Shown here: piece by piece, positions 1 to 9,701 of the stretch | Position numbering within the stretch: position 1 is the first letter of the stretch | Layout of the letters: each line of letters starts with the position of its first letter | Origin: an uncultured Bacteroidota bacterium | Lineage (GTDB): Bacteria > Bacteroidota > Bacteroidia > Flavobacteriales > Flavobacteriaceae | NCBI GenBank assembly: GCA_913062555.1 | Contig: CAJXVU010000008.1 | Span: forward strand, 25,957-89,956 | Direction of reading: 5' to 3' | DNA length: 64,000 bases | Program-made: the position numbers and the translations under genes | The notes under the pieces: generated by a model | The model's database searches: none | The model's input: only the letters and a program-made list of their open reading frames with translations | Told to the model about the DNA's origin: nothing

Positions 1-9
1 ACAATTAAA

Positions 10-2214
10 TTAGCGATCATGAATATCCAATTCTTTTAGTAATAATTGATTGATGTCATCAGTAAACAATTTTGATTTAATAGGATTTATTTTAGAATTA
101 GGGATAGCTCTAAGTAAACCTTGTTGAACCTCAATAAACCCTTGTTTGGAATTCTCTTTTCCTTCCGTAATCCATCTTAATTGTTGTAATGTTTTTAAAT
201 GTTTTCCTGGAAATTCAATAGCTTTTACGGCCAATTCATTTCCTGCATGCTCAAAAAGTTTAATGTCTTTATCTGAAATATTTGATTCTGATATGATGAG
301 TTCTTCCAGACGTAAAATAGTTTGTCGCATAAAAGGAAAGAGGTCCTTTTGCTCGATATCTTCACTTTTACTAAAATTGGATATTTCATCAAGTTTACCC
401 GTTAATCGTTTGTCTTTTTTAATTGGTGGTGGATCAAATCCTATCCGATGTACATAGATTCGTGCGCTATTTTTAATGTCCTGAATAAGTTTCAATGCTT
501 TATATTGATAAGGCAATGATTTCTCAGGTTCATATAAACGTAAATATAATTCGGCATCCCACATTTCATTCAAGGCCTTTAGCAACTTCGTTTTTATAGA
601 CTCCGCGAATAAAGAAGCTTTTTCTGGATCTTCATGATCATGAACAAACTCTTGAAGCGGATTTTTAGAATCATTATCTTTATCCGGAGCATTTTTATCT
701 ACCAAATTATGGTCGTTATCTCCGTCGTGATCGTGTGTGTATTCGGCTAAAGGATCAGCACTTTCTGATGCAGTTATTTCTTGATTGTCAATCCCAATTT
801 CCGATTCTTCACCCATAAATTCACCATATTTATTGCGAAGTGCTTTTTGGTCAAAACCGAGTTCATTGCTCTTAAAGTTAAATTCTTTTTTAGTTAGATG
901 AGGTCTGTTACTTATCAGTTTTTCTGTGTCAATAATTAATTGGCGCTGGCTTCTGAAATAATCTGGCATACGATCTACACCTAGTGTACCTTCAACACCA
1001 AATACGTATGAGACCGTGTCTTTAATAGCTGCAAAATAAGTATCACTTCTTGACCGGTTTGGTTTTGGGGATTTATAATCGGATGTTTCTACATAAAAAT
1101 ACAGCTCATCTCCAGGCTCCAAATTCATCTCGTCTAAGTCTATTCTTTTTGTGAGTGTCAAAGATTTGGAACCACTTGTGTCTTGATTTTCAAAATATAA
1201 TTTTTCTTCACGGAATTTAACTGATTCACCAGCCCCTTTACTCACAGTTGCAATAATATGGGTGTTTGCAATGCCATAATCATCAGAAATATGACTTGTA
1301 AATTGAACAATTTTGGAGTCGTCATAGTCAAATGAGGTAAACTGTTTTAAGCCTTTAATTTCTATAACAGGATTAGCATCCTTAACAACTTCTATCGAAA
1401 ATAAATCCGAAGAATGTGACGATCCCTGGAGATCTTCAAATTTGAAGTTATAGAATCCAGAATTGCTTAATACCTTCTGTTTTGTGTAAAAAGATTTTTT
1501 GAGAGCCATAGGGTAATTACTTTCCATACTTTGCATGGTGGCCAGTTTTATTTCAGAATCAAATTGAATCTCCCAAAATATTTTGGAGCCTTCGACAGCT
1601 TTGATGTCCATTTTTGAACTTCTTCGAGATGATAGATTAGTGTATTTGGGATAATTTATAGTAATCCATTGCTCAATTATTTTTGGCGGCTCATTATTTA
1701 GACTTGTCGAATCGTCAGAATGAAAGCTGATTGGAAGCTGTTCGATGTCATTACTCGGTGGAGGAACGTTAGCGTCTAATACATTAAATAGATTTAAAAA
1801 ATAGCCAATAATAATGAAGGAGGTGGCTATGATACTACTTCGCAAAAGATGGTTCGGAGGGGTGATTTTTTTTATGGTCGGCCCTAGTTGTTTAGTTATT
1901 TTAATTTGCTGAAGTTTAGCAAGTGTTGAAAGACTTTCCCATGGTAAAAGCAAAAGACCTGTACTATATTCTACAACTTCAAGTTGAGCATCGATATAAC
2001 TACTTGTCGCTTTTAAATTCGGTTTCCACGGTTTGATAAATAGTGAAGTGACAACAGTCATTAAAATAAATGAAAACAAAGACAAGAGAAGGGAATGACT
2101 TAAAAAGTAAACTAAAATTGAAGCACCTATAGCATAGCACAAGATTTCAAAACTTAGCAAGATTCGCCAGCGTTTCAAAAATTTAATTAATATGTGCTTT
2201 CCTTCGGTTTTCAT
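10..2214 (-). CDS. Large membrane protein (DUF4175-like), last gene of the DUF4159-MoxR-DUF58-BatA_N operon
   Basis: 734-aa ORF with N-terminal hydrophobic segments. Its start overlaps the upstream gene stop by 4 nt (2211-2214). A His/Asp-rich acidic stretch (HDHDGDNDHN...HDHEDPEK) is encoded at about 620-760. Family assigned from context and recall only. Confidence 0.5.
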   Translation of the reverse strand: MKTEGKHILIKFLKRWRILLSFEILCYAIGASILVYFLSHSLLLSLFSFILMTVVTSLFIKPWKPNLKATSSYIDAQLEVVEYSTGLLLLPWESLSTLAKLQQIKITKQLGPTIKKITPPNHLLRSSIIATSFIIIGYFLNLFNVLDANVPPPSNDIEQLPISFHSDDSTSLNNEPPKIIEQWITINYPKYTNLSSRRSSKMDIKAVEGSKIFWEIQFDSEIKLATMQSMESNYPMALKKSFYTKQKVLSNSGFYNFKFEDLQGSSHSSDLFSIEVVKDANPVIEIKGLKQFTSFDYDDSKIVQFTSHISDDYGIANTHIIATVSKGAGESVKFREEKLYFENQDTSGSKSLTLTKRIDLDEMNLEPGDELYFYVETSDYKSPKPNRSRSDTYFAAIKDTVSYVFGVEGTLGVDRMPDYFRSQRQLIIDTEKLISNRPHLTKKEFNFKSNELGFDQKALRNKYGEFMGEESEIGIDNQEITASESADPLAEYTHDHDGDNDHNLVDKNAPDKDNDSKNPLQEFVHDHEDPEKASLFAESIKTKLLKALNEMWDAELYLRLYEPEKSLPYQYKALKLIQDIKNSARIYVHRIGFDPPPIKKDKRLTGKLDEISNFSKSEDIEQKDLFPFMRQTILRLEELIISESNISDKDIKLFEHAGNELAVKAIEFPGKHLKTLQQLRWITEGKENSKQGFIEVQQGLLRAIPNSKINPIKSKLFTDDINQLLLKELDIHDR

Positions 2215-3509
2215 TGTTTTCTAATATTGGAAATCACGCGTTCAGATATAAGTAATAAGGCTAATAAGATCCAAAGCCAAGTTGAAATATATAAAATTCT
2301 AGAATATGATTTATCAGTTTTAACATTTTGAATTATAGGGTTTAATTCTTGTTGGTCAAGTACTCTTTTGTCATTTTGGGTTAGTAACGCTCTCATGTCT
2401 GGATGAAGATCCAGTAACATCATGAGTTGCTCAGGCAAATGTTCGTCTATAATATTTTCAGTGTGCAATGCTTTCGTTAAGTAAAACACGTCATTAGAAG
2501 TCCCCTTTATTATCATTGAATTTGCAAGTTTATCTGGCCGGTAATAAAGCGTCTTTACTTCAGTTTTAAAGTCGGATTTAGTACTGAGCCATACAATACA
2601 GGCATAGGAGGATAGATCTAAATTAGTTGTGCTTTGTATTTTATCAATAGTTATTGGCTGAGCGACATGTTTAGAGATTGCATTAAAGGCAGCTTCAATA
2701 TAAGTGGCTTCATTGGTGAAATTGTCATCATAAAATAATAGAATCTTTATGGGATGCTTTATTTGTAAAGCAAGCCAGTCTTTAGGCTCAGCGCCATTTA
2801 ATTTTAAACTGTCTTTAGAGGTGTTCAGGTTAATCTTTTCACTGTTAAAAGGAAGCACTTCTTTTTTAAATGATAAATGATCAGAATTACTATATAGGGA
2901 TAGCAATTCTACATTTTCCGCTTGTTGGGTCGCTTCAATAAGTAGTTCATTTGAGTCTCCTGGGTCCAATATTATCCATGATATGGATTTATTAACTTGG
3001 GGACGTTTCCCTTTTAATCCTGACGAAAAAGCACTTGTAATAACAATAATGCTATCTGAAGAAATCATCTCCATGTCTTTTGCCAATTGCCAATAATTTG
3101 GCACATAAAATTTGGAAGGATCTGAAACATCAGAAGATAATTCTGGAAATCCTTTTTGTAGCAATCGTACAGGGGCGTCGGAATTGATAGCGTCAATTAT
3201 TTTAATGACATTCTCATTATTTGCAAGAGATGGCTCTACCAAATAAGTTATAGGGTTGTTGAGCGGTTTTAATTTTATTTGAGGCTCAGCTAGAATAAAG
3301 ACAAGAAGACTAATGATTAATAGTCTTATTAGCAGCAATAATAATTCATTTAGCTTAAAACTACTACTCTGTCTGGAGTCTGCTTCACTGAGTAACTTAA
3401 TGCTTCCAATTTTAATGGTTTTGCCTTCTTTTTTACTCCACAAATGGATGGCTATTGGAATAGTAAGTCCAAGAAGTGCCCATAAATATGAAGGATTTAG
3501 AAAGAACAT
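2211..3509 (-). CDS. BatA N-terminal-domain membrane protein
   Basis: The N-terminus MFFLNPSYLWALLGLTIPIAIHLW is typical of the aerotolerance BatA_N / TIGR02226 membrane segment. There is also a C-terminal TM segment. The gene is tightly packed in the MoxR operon. Confidence 0.7.
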   Translation of the reverse strand: MFFLNPSYLWALLGLTIPIAIHLWSKKEGKTIKIGSIKLLSEADSRQSSSFKLNELLLLLIRLLIISLLVFILAEPQIKLKPLNNPITYLVEPSLANNENVIKIIDAINSDAPVRLLQKGFPELSSDVSDPSKFYVPNYWQLAKDMEMISSDSIIVITSAFSSGLKGKRPQVNKSISWIILDPGDSNELLIEATQQAENVELLSLYSNSDHLSFKKEVLPFNSEKINLNTSKDSLKLNGAEPKDWLALQIKHPIKILLFYDDNFTNEATYIEAAFNAISKHVAQPITIDKIQSTTNLDLSSYACIVWLSTKSDFKTEVKTLYYRPDKLANSMIIKGTSNDVFYLTKALHTENIIDEHLPEQLMMLLDLHPDMRALLTQNDKRVLDQQELNPIIQNVKTDKSYSRILYISTWLWILLALLLISERVISNIRKQ

Positions 3510-3510
3510 A

Positions 3511-4407
3511 TTATAATAAATTACTTCGTTTCTTTAAAAATAGTTGCAGGGCTTCTCCCATATGTTCATCCAATCGAAACAAATGATAACTAATACCATT
3601 TGCTAAAAGAATATCTTTTGTAGATTTCATCATGTCATTTAAAGACTTGAGGTAGAGCTTCTTGGTTTCAGCCGCGTTAACCTTAAGTTTTTGTCCAGTT
3701 TCTAAATCTTCAAAAGTGAGATTGCCTTTATAATTAAACTCTATTTCATCTTTCCCCATAATTTGTAACACAACAACTTCATTTCTAAGTGTTTTTAAAC
3801 GTTTTATAAACGTTGTTAATTCTTCGTTGTGCTCGTACATATCGGTAATAAAAAAAATTAATTCTTTATGTGTACGGTCATGAAGTTTTCTAGAATCATT
3901 AGGATTCTCTGGCCATTTTCCTTTGTTTTCGATATTAATTAATTCTAAAAGAAGGCGATTAAAATGTTGCTTTTGAACTTTGGGATAAATACTATGAAGT
4001 TCATAGTTGTTAAGAGCGAAAAGTCCAACAGCATCACCTTGATTTTGTGATAAATACGCTAAGGAAGCCACAAGTACTCTAACATAATCCATCTTAGATA
4101 ACCCATTTTCCTGATGGCCCATGGATTGACTTGAATCTAATATAAATTTTACAGAAATATTGGTTTCTATTTCACTCTGTTTTATGTAATATCTTCCAGA
4201 TCTTGCTAACATTTTCCAATCTAACAGCCTTAGATCATCCCCTGGTTGATAACTTCGAAACTGACTAAATTCCATTCCAGGTCCAACGCGCCTACTATGA
4301 TTCAAGCCTGATAAATAACCATCAACAATTACCCTTGCAATTAAGGATAATCCAGAGATGCTTTTTACAAGTTCTGGCTTTAATAAATCATGATAATCTT
4401 GTCTCAC
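3511..4407 (-). CDS. DUF58 domain protein (vWA-like MoxR partner)
   Basis: The motif FRSYQPGDDLRLLDWK is characteristic of DUF58. It lies immediately downstream of the MoxR ATPase gene. Confidence 0.85.
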   Translation of the reverse strand: MRQDYHDLLKPELVKSISGLSLIARVIVDGYLSGLNHSRRVGPGMEFSQFRSYQPGDDLRLLDWKMLARSGRYYIKQSEIETNISVKFILDSSQSMGHQENGLSKMDYVRVLVASLAYLSQNQGDAVGLFALNNYELHSIYPKVQKQHFNRLLLELINIENKGKWPENPNDSRKLHDRTHKELIFFITDMYEHNEELTTFIKRLKTLRNEVVVLQIMGKDEIEFNYKGNLTFEDLETGQKLKVNAAETKKLYLKSLNDMMKSTKDILLANGISYHLFRLDEHMGEALQLFLKKRSNLL

Positions 4408-4413
4408 GTCCTT

Positions 4414-5415
4414 TTAATTAGATGGTAATATTGCTTTTAGTAGTTCTTGAGTCACTTTATCTGAAGTGATTCCTTCTGCTTCTGCTCTAAAGTTTATAAT
4501 AATTCTATGACGTAATACTGGAATTGCAACTTGTTTTAAATCATTTAAGGTAACCGCCAATCGGCCTTGTAATAAGGCGCGTGCTTTTGCGGTTAGTATC
4601 ATGGCCTGTCCTGCTCTTGGACCAGCCCCCCAGTTGACCCATTCCTTTACATATGTACTAGTGCTTGTCTCTGGTCTTGTCGCCCGAATTACTTCACTCA
4701 CATATTGTATCAAATCGTCACTAATTGGAACTTCACGAACCAAGTGTTGTAATCTTAAAATATCTTCTCCATTAATAACCTCGTTAATAGTTTCTTTTTT
4801 TACTCCAGTGGTGCTCTTTAAAATATTGACTTCATCAATATCGTTAGGATAGCCAATTTTTATATAGAAAAGAAAACGATCCTGCTGGGCTTCAGGAAGA
4901 GGGAATGTTCCAGATTGTTCAATTGGGTTTTGGGTTGCCAATATAAAAAATGGGCGATCTAGCTTATAGGTGTTCCCTGAATAGGTCACTTCAAACTCTT
5001 GCATGGCTTCCAGAAGAGCCGCTTGAGTTTTTGGTGGCGTTCTATTGATTTCATCAGCTAATACAATATTTGCAAAAATTGGACCTTTGTTAAACTTAAA
5101 GAATTTCTTACCAGTGCTATGATCTTCCTCAAGAATTTCTGTACCAATAATATCAGATGGCATGAGGTCAGGGGTGAACTGAATTCGTTTAAATTTTAAA
5201 TCAATTGCCTGGGCTAATGTTCTTATCATTAGTGTTTTTGCTAGACCTGGCACACCTTCTAATAGGGCGTGACCTCCCGCAAGGAATGTAATTAACAATT
5301 GATCTACGGTTTCCTCTTGACCAATAATTATTTTGCCAATTTCTTTTTTTAAGCCTTTAAGTTTATTCGTTAATTCAATAACTTCCTTTTCAATATTTGC
5401 TAATTCCGTATTCAT
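4414..5415 (-). CDS. MoxR-family AAA+ ATPase
   Basis: Walker A GVPGLAKT and Walker B VLADEINR, with AAA_3-like length (333 aa). Confidence 0.9.
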   Translation of the reverse strand: MNTELANIEKEVIELTNKLKGLKKEIGKIIIGQEETVDQLLITFLAGGHALLEGVPGLAKTLMIRTLAQAIDLKFKRIQFTPDLMPSDIIGTEILEEDHSTGKKFFKFNKGPIFANIVLADEINRTPPKTQAALLEAMQEFEVTYSGNTYKLDRPFFILATQNPIEQSGTFPLPEAQQDRFLFYIKIGYPNDIDEVNILKSTTGVKKETINEVINGEDILRLQHLVREVPISDDLIQYVSEVIRATRPETSTSTYVKEWVNWGAGPRAGQAMILTAKARALLQGRLAVTLNDLKQVAIPVLRHRIIINFRAEAEGITSDKVTQELLKAILPSN

Positions 5416-5424
5416 TATTCTGTT

Positions 5425-6045
5425 TTAAGATGTTAGAGCGTACATAACTATATTCACTCCAAAACGTGTGTTATCTATTTTATACCAACGTTTATTTCTG
5501 AAATCGTAATCCCATTCACAACCATAGTCTTTATTACTATATAAAACGCCAATTCTACCGTTAATTTCAATTGCTTTCAAGTATTCATGTACAATATCAT
5601 CTCCCCATCCGTTGAGTTCTTGAGAGGTGGTAGGAGGCCCGTTTTCAAATTCAAAGAAAGTGGTATACAGTTCATGATTATTTGGAATTTTATTTAAAGC
5701 CTCAATTCCAAAAATGGACTCCATTTGGCGTTCAAATGATTTGGCAAATAAACCATCAATGTCGTGGTTACAATCATCAACAAATACAAAGCCACCATTT
5801 GTAACATATTTTTTGAAATTTTCTTTTTCTTTTTTTGTAAACTGAACCAATTTATGGCCTGAGAGATAACAAAACGGACATTTAAATATCTCGTCGCTAC
5901 TTAAGGGAATAATATTTTCTTGAGTATCCACCTCCAGAGTTGTGTATTCAACTAATGAGTTTAATAAGTTCGACGGCATGCGTTGATCCACATCCCAATC
6001 TCCAGATTCATATTGTAATCTTGTAAAAAAAAATGAGTTATTCAC
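5425..6045 (-). CDS. DUF4159 domain protein
   Basis: The N-terminus FTRLQYESGDWD is typical of DUF4159. It is the first gene of the operon, directly upstream of moxR. Confidence 0.65.
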   Translation of the reverse strand: MNNSFFFTRLQYESGDWDVDQRMPSNLLNSLVEYTTLEVDTQENIIPLSSDEIFKCPFCYLSGHKLVQFTKKEKENFKKYVTNGGFVFVDDCNHDIDGLFAKSFERQMESIFGIEALNKIPNNHELYTTFFEFENGPPTTSQELNGWGDDIVHEYLKAIEINGRIGVLYSNKDYGCEWDYDFRNKRWYKIDNTRFGVNIVMYALTS

Positions 6046-6116
6046 TTTTATAAACTGCCTTTTATTTAATTCGTAATTCGATGGTCTTTATAAGGGTTTC
6101 AATAGTTTCTATTGAA

Positions 6117-6164
6117 ATAAAAAAACTGGTTGTCGTGAAATTAAAACACAGCAACCAGTTTTTT
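6117..6164 (-). terminator. Rho-independent terminator downstream of the PmbA-like gene (A-run/T-run on both sides, possibly bidirectional)
   Basis: The stem aactggttg (6124-6132) pairs with caaccagtt (6152-6160) and is flanked by A and T runs. Confidence 0.5.
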
Positions 6165-6178
6165 AAATATACTAATAG

Positions 6179-7495
6179 TTATACGGCATCAGATAAACTC
6201 GTAAATGTAAAATCTCTAACCTTCATATAAGGAATTAAATTACCATTTATTCTTACTTGCTGGCCTAATGTTTCCAAATTATTAAGCATAATAATTGGAC
6301 TTTCATTAAATCTGAAGTTTTTAACTGGATGTTTTATTTTTCCATTCTCAATATAAAAAGTCCCATCTCTTGTTAATCCCGTATACAGTAATGTTTGAGG
6401 ATCTACATTTCTAATATACCACAATCTGGTAACCAGAATACCTTTTCGAGTACTTTTTATAAGGTCTTCAAGTGAAGCATCTCCTCCGTCCATAATTGCA
6501 TTGGAAGGAAAAGGCACTGGATCGACACCTTTTTCTTTAGCCCAAAATCGGCCATAAGCTAGGTTTTTCACGACTCCATTTTCTACCCAGTTCATTTTTT
6601 TAAGTGCTTGTCCTTGACCATTCCAGGTAGATGCTGGCACTTCTGGGTGCAGCGGATCTGACCAAATATTAATACGTTCATCTACAATTTTTTCACCAAG
6701 CTTGGTGCCACCACCTTCTTTAGACATAAAACTACGTCCTTCATCGGCAGTTCGGGCATTAAATGATCCAAACATATTTTGTAAAAGCCCAATGGAAGCT
6801 GCAGGCTCAAGAATCACGGTATATTTACCAGGTTCAATAGCTTGTGCTTTTCGAGACATTATTGCCTTATCGATAGCTACATTTGAAGCCTCTACAGCAT
6901 CAAATTTTGAGATGTCATTATAATCTCTAGTAACCCATCCAGATCCAGTACCATCATTACTCCTCATGGTTACAGTGAAATTTGAACTTGTTGATTTGTT
7001 ATAAGCAAAAAGGCCATTGCTATTAAGCATTGCCGCAAACCCTGAATTGTCATTAAAAAATCCAGCGGCGGTAACATCTTTGCTAACTGCTGGGTTTATA
7101 CTACTAGCGGCTACATCAGCCCTATAATCGGGTGTTATCTTTGATGTTGCTTCGCTATACGTTAATGAATCATCATAAGTTTGAGGACCTAGAGGGCCCA
7201 TGAATTCTGGATTTTCTGGTGAAAGTTTAGCCAGTTCTTCGGATCTTTCAACCACTTTCTTTAATGAAGCGTCATCAAATTCATCAATAGTAGCGGTTCC
7301 TGATCTTTTGCCAAAATTAGATTGAACTACTAGAGTCTGATTTGATCGATGGCCAGAGGTAGAAACCGTATTTCTTGCATAACGGATATTACCACTTTCG
7401 TTTCCATTCAAATTAACTTCGCAAGCATCGGCAGTGGAAAAACTAAGTGCTTTTTCCATGATTTGCCTTGCTTCTTCTTTTGTATATATTGCCAT
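6179..7495 (-). CDS. pmbA: PmbA/TldE-like protein (non-catalytic partner of TldD); no signal peptide
   Basis: 438 aa with TldD/PmbA family length and N-terminus (MAIYTKEEARQIMEKALSF...). No HExxxH motif. There is no room for an N-terminal extension, because only 32 nt separate it from the upstream stop. Confidence 0.8.
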   Translation of the reverse strand: MAIYTKEEARQIMEKALSFSTADACEVNLNGNESGNIRYARNTVSTSGHRSNQTLVVQSNFGKRSGTATIDEFDDASLKKVVERSEELAKLSPENPEFMGPLGPQTYDDSLTYSEATSKITPDYRADVAASSINPAVSKDVTAAGFFNDNSGFAAMLNSNGLFAYNKSTSSNFTVTMRSNDGTGSGWVTRDYNDISKFDAVEASNVAIDKAIMSRKAQAIEPGKYTVILEPAASIGLLQNMFGSFNARTADEGRSFMSKEGGGTKLGEKIVDERINIWSDPLHPEVPASTWNGQGQALKKMNWVENGVVKNLAYGRFWAKEKGVDPVPFPSNAIMDGGDASLEDLIKSTRKGILVTRLWYIRNVDPQTLLYTGLTRDGTFYIENGKIKHPVKNFRFNESPIIMLNNLETLGQQVRINGNLIPYMKVRDFTFTSLSDAV

Positions 7496-7527
7496 AATAT
7501 TTTTATTAAATCTAGAAATACTTTTTA

Positions 7528-9168
7528 TTAAATAGTTCGACCTGTGTTAATTACATTAACATCATTAAACCTAGTAGTAGAACTACCATGTGATACTGCA
7601 CTAATTTGTGGGGGTTGACCTTTACCGTCAAAGAAGGATCCGAAAATTCGATAATCATCCTTGTCACAAATCTTTACACAAGAATTCCAAAATTCTTTCG
7701 TGTTTGATTGATATGCTACATCATCCAGCATACCTACAATTTCACCGTTTTTTATTTCATAAAATACAGTACCTCCAAATTGGAAGTTGTAGCGTTGTTG
7801 GTCAATAGAATAGGAGCCACGACCAGCGATATAAATACCTTTTTCTACATCCTTGATCATGTCGTTAATGGAATACTTTTCCTTACCAGCTTCTAATGAA
7901 ACATTAGGCATACGTTGAAATTGAACATCATTCCAACTTTGTGCATAACAGCAACCATGAGATTCATTTTGATCAATCATATGAACCTGATCACGAATAG
8001 CTTGATAATTTGTTAAGACACCATTACGTACCAGATCCCATTTTTTTGTTTTAACACCTTCGTCATCATAACCCACGGCACCAAGAGATCCTACTTCCGT
8101 TTTATCTGCAACTAAGTTTACAATATCACTACCGTATTTAAAGTTTTTAGTTCTCCATTTATCAATAGTAGCAAAACTAGTACCTGCATAATTTGCTTCG
8201 TAACCAAGTACACGATCCAATTCCAGTGGGTGACCCACAGATTCATGAATTGTAAGTCCTAAATGGTTAGGTTCTAAAACGAGATCATACTTTCCTGCAT
8301 CTACAGATTTTGCAGTAAGTTTTTCTTTAGCTTGTTTAGCTGCTAATGTTGCATCTTCAATAATATCATAGCTATTTCTATATAATTTAATGCCAGCAGG
8401 ACCATCAATTTTTTCTGAATCTAGCCCATCCATATATTCGTAACCCATTCCCATTGGAGCACTCATTGCTTGACGAGATTTAAATTTACCAGCAGAACGA
8501 TCAATAGCTGTAACGCCAAATGTTGGCCAGATTCTATGAACATCCTGATCGATATATGACCCTTCCGTTGATGCGAAGTATTTTTGTTCATTGACCATAA
8601 AGAGGGCAGAATTAACAAAATTTGCACCATTCTCCATTGCGGCGGCATTAGCAGTTAATAATAAGTCTACTTTCTCTGAAACAGGTACAGTTTTGAAATC
8701 CTTTTTAATAGGTGTTTTCCAAGAGACTTCCCCATAAGAAGGGACAGGAGCCAATTTCACTGGCTCTTTCTGAATTTTAGAATTGGCCTTAGCAATTGCT
8801 ACTGCTTGCATCGTGGCTTTTTTAATGCCATCTTCAGTTACTTTGTTTGTAGAGGCAAATCCCCAAGTTCCATTAGCAATAACACGAATACCAATCCCGA
8901 AAGATTCTGTGTTAACTACATTTTGAACTTTGTCTTCTCGTGTAAATACATATTGGTTTAAATAGCGTCCAATTCGTGCATCTGCATAAGTGGCTCCAGC
9001 AGATCTAGCCGTATTGAGCGCTACATCTGCTAATAGTTTTTTCGTTATTACATCCATACCAGGATTGAGTAGGGCCTCAACGGGAATGTTATTTCCCATC
9101 AGTAAGGATGGCATCATTATAGCGCCTGTGCCTAATCCTGCATATTGAATAAAATCTCTTCGTTTCAT
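7528..9168 (-). CDS. tldD: TldD-like metalloprotease with twin-arginine (Tat) signal
   Basis: MKRRDFIQYAGLGTGAIMMP is a Tat-type signal. The HExxxH metal site is present as HESVGHPLELDR. 546 aa. Confidence 0.85.
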   Translation of the reverse strand: MKRRDFIQYAGLGTGAIMMPSLLMGNNIPVEALLNPGMDVITKKLLADVALNTARSAGATYADARIGRYLNQYVFTREDKVQNVVNTESFGIGIRVIANGTWGFASTNKVTEDGIKKATMQAVAIAKANSKIQKEPVKLAPVPSYGEVSWKTPIKKDFKTVPVSEKVDLLLTANAAAMENGANFVNSALFMVNEQKYFASTEGSYIDQDVHRIWPTFGVTAIDRSAGKFKSRQAMSAPMGMGYEYMDGLDSEKIDGPAGIKLYRNSYDIIEDATLAAKQAKEKLTAKSVDAGKYDLVLEPNHLGLTIHESVGHPLELDRVLGYEANYAGTSFATIDKWRTKNFKYGSDIVNLVADKTEVGSLGAVGYDDEGVKTKKWDLVRNGVLTNYQAIRDQVHMIDQNESHGCCYAQSWNDVQFQRMPNVSLEAGKEKYSINDMIKDVEKGIYIAGRGSYSIDQQRYNFQFGGTVFYEIKNGEIVGMLDDVAYQSNTKEFWNSCVKICDKDDYRIFGSFFDGKGQPPQISAVSHGSSTTRFNDVNVINTGRTI

Positions 9169-9701
9169 AAAGTTCCTTTTATAATTGATTAGTTTAAAAA
9201 AAATAAAGATGAGTCTTTAAGAAGAAATAATAGTCTCTAAAAACAGATCTAATCTCAATGTTTAATAAGTAAATGGGGTAAGATAATAGAGCATTCTAAG
9301 TTAGTGATTTTCTATCACTATACAATTATTTAACATTCCTTTAAGGATGTGCTTTTAGCTTTGATATCTTTTCTAATGTCGAATTTGTAAATATACCAAG
9401 CGGACCTATTTTGACTAATACATAAGGTGACTATGCTTTAAAATCATGACAGAATTTTAATTGAAGTATAGCAATATCGGATAATTTGTTGCTCATCTGA
9501 TTTTTACGTAGATAAGCAGTATAGTCGTACATAATATTGTAATTTTTTACATATTTGCGGGATCGATTAAAAGCACATTTGGAATTTTATAAATTCATTT
9601 AATTGTAAACGTGTTTTTATCTAGGGGTTAATAGCAAGCCCAAATACACCTATTATAGTAACCTGTTTCATGTTTGGTTTTAAATAACAAATTCAACCAA
9701 A

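Noticed and set aside
9169-9701. 533-bp intergenic region upstream of the giant adhesin gene
   Set aside because: I looked for small ORFs, riboswitch-like structure and repeats. I found only AT-rich sequence and a 19-codon ORF. The TATTTG-like element near 9551-9560 does not match TAnnTTTG exactly.
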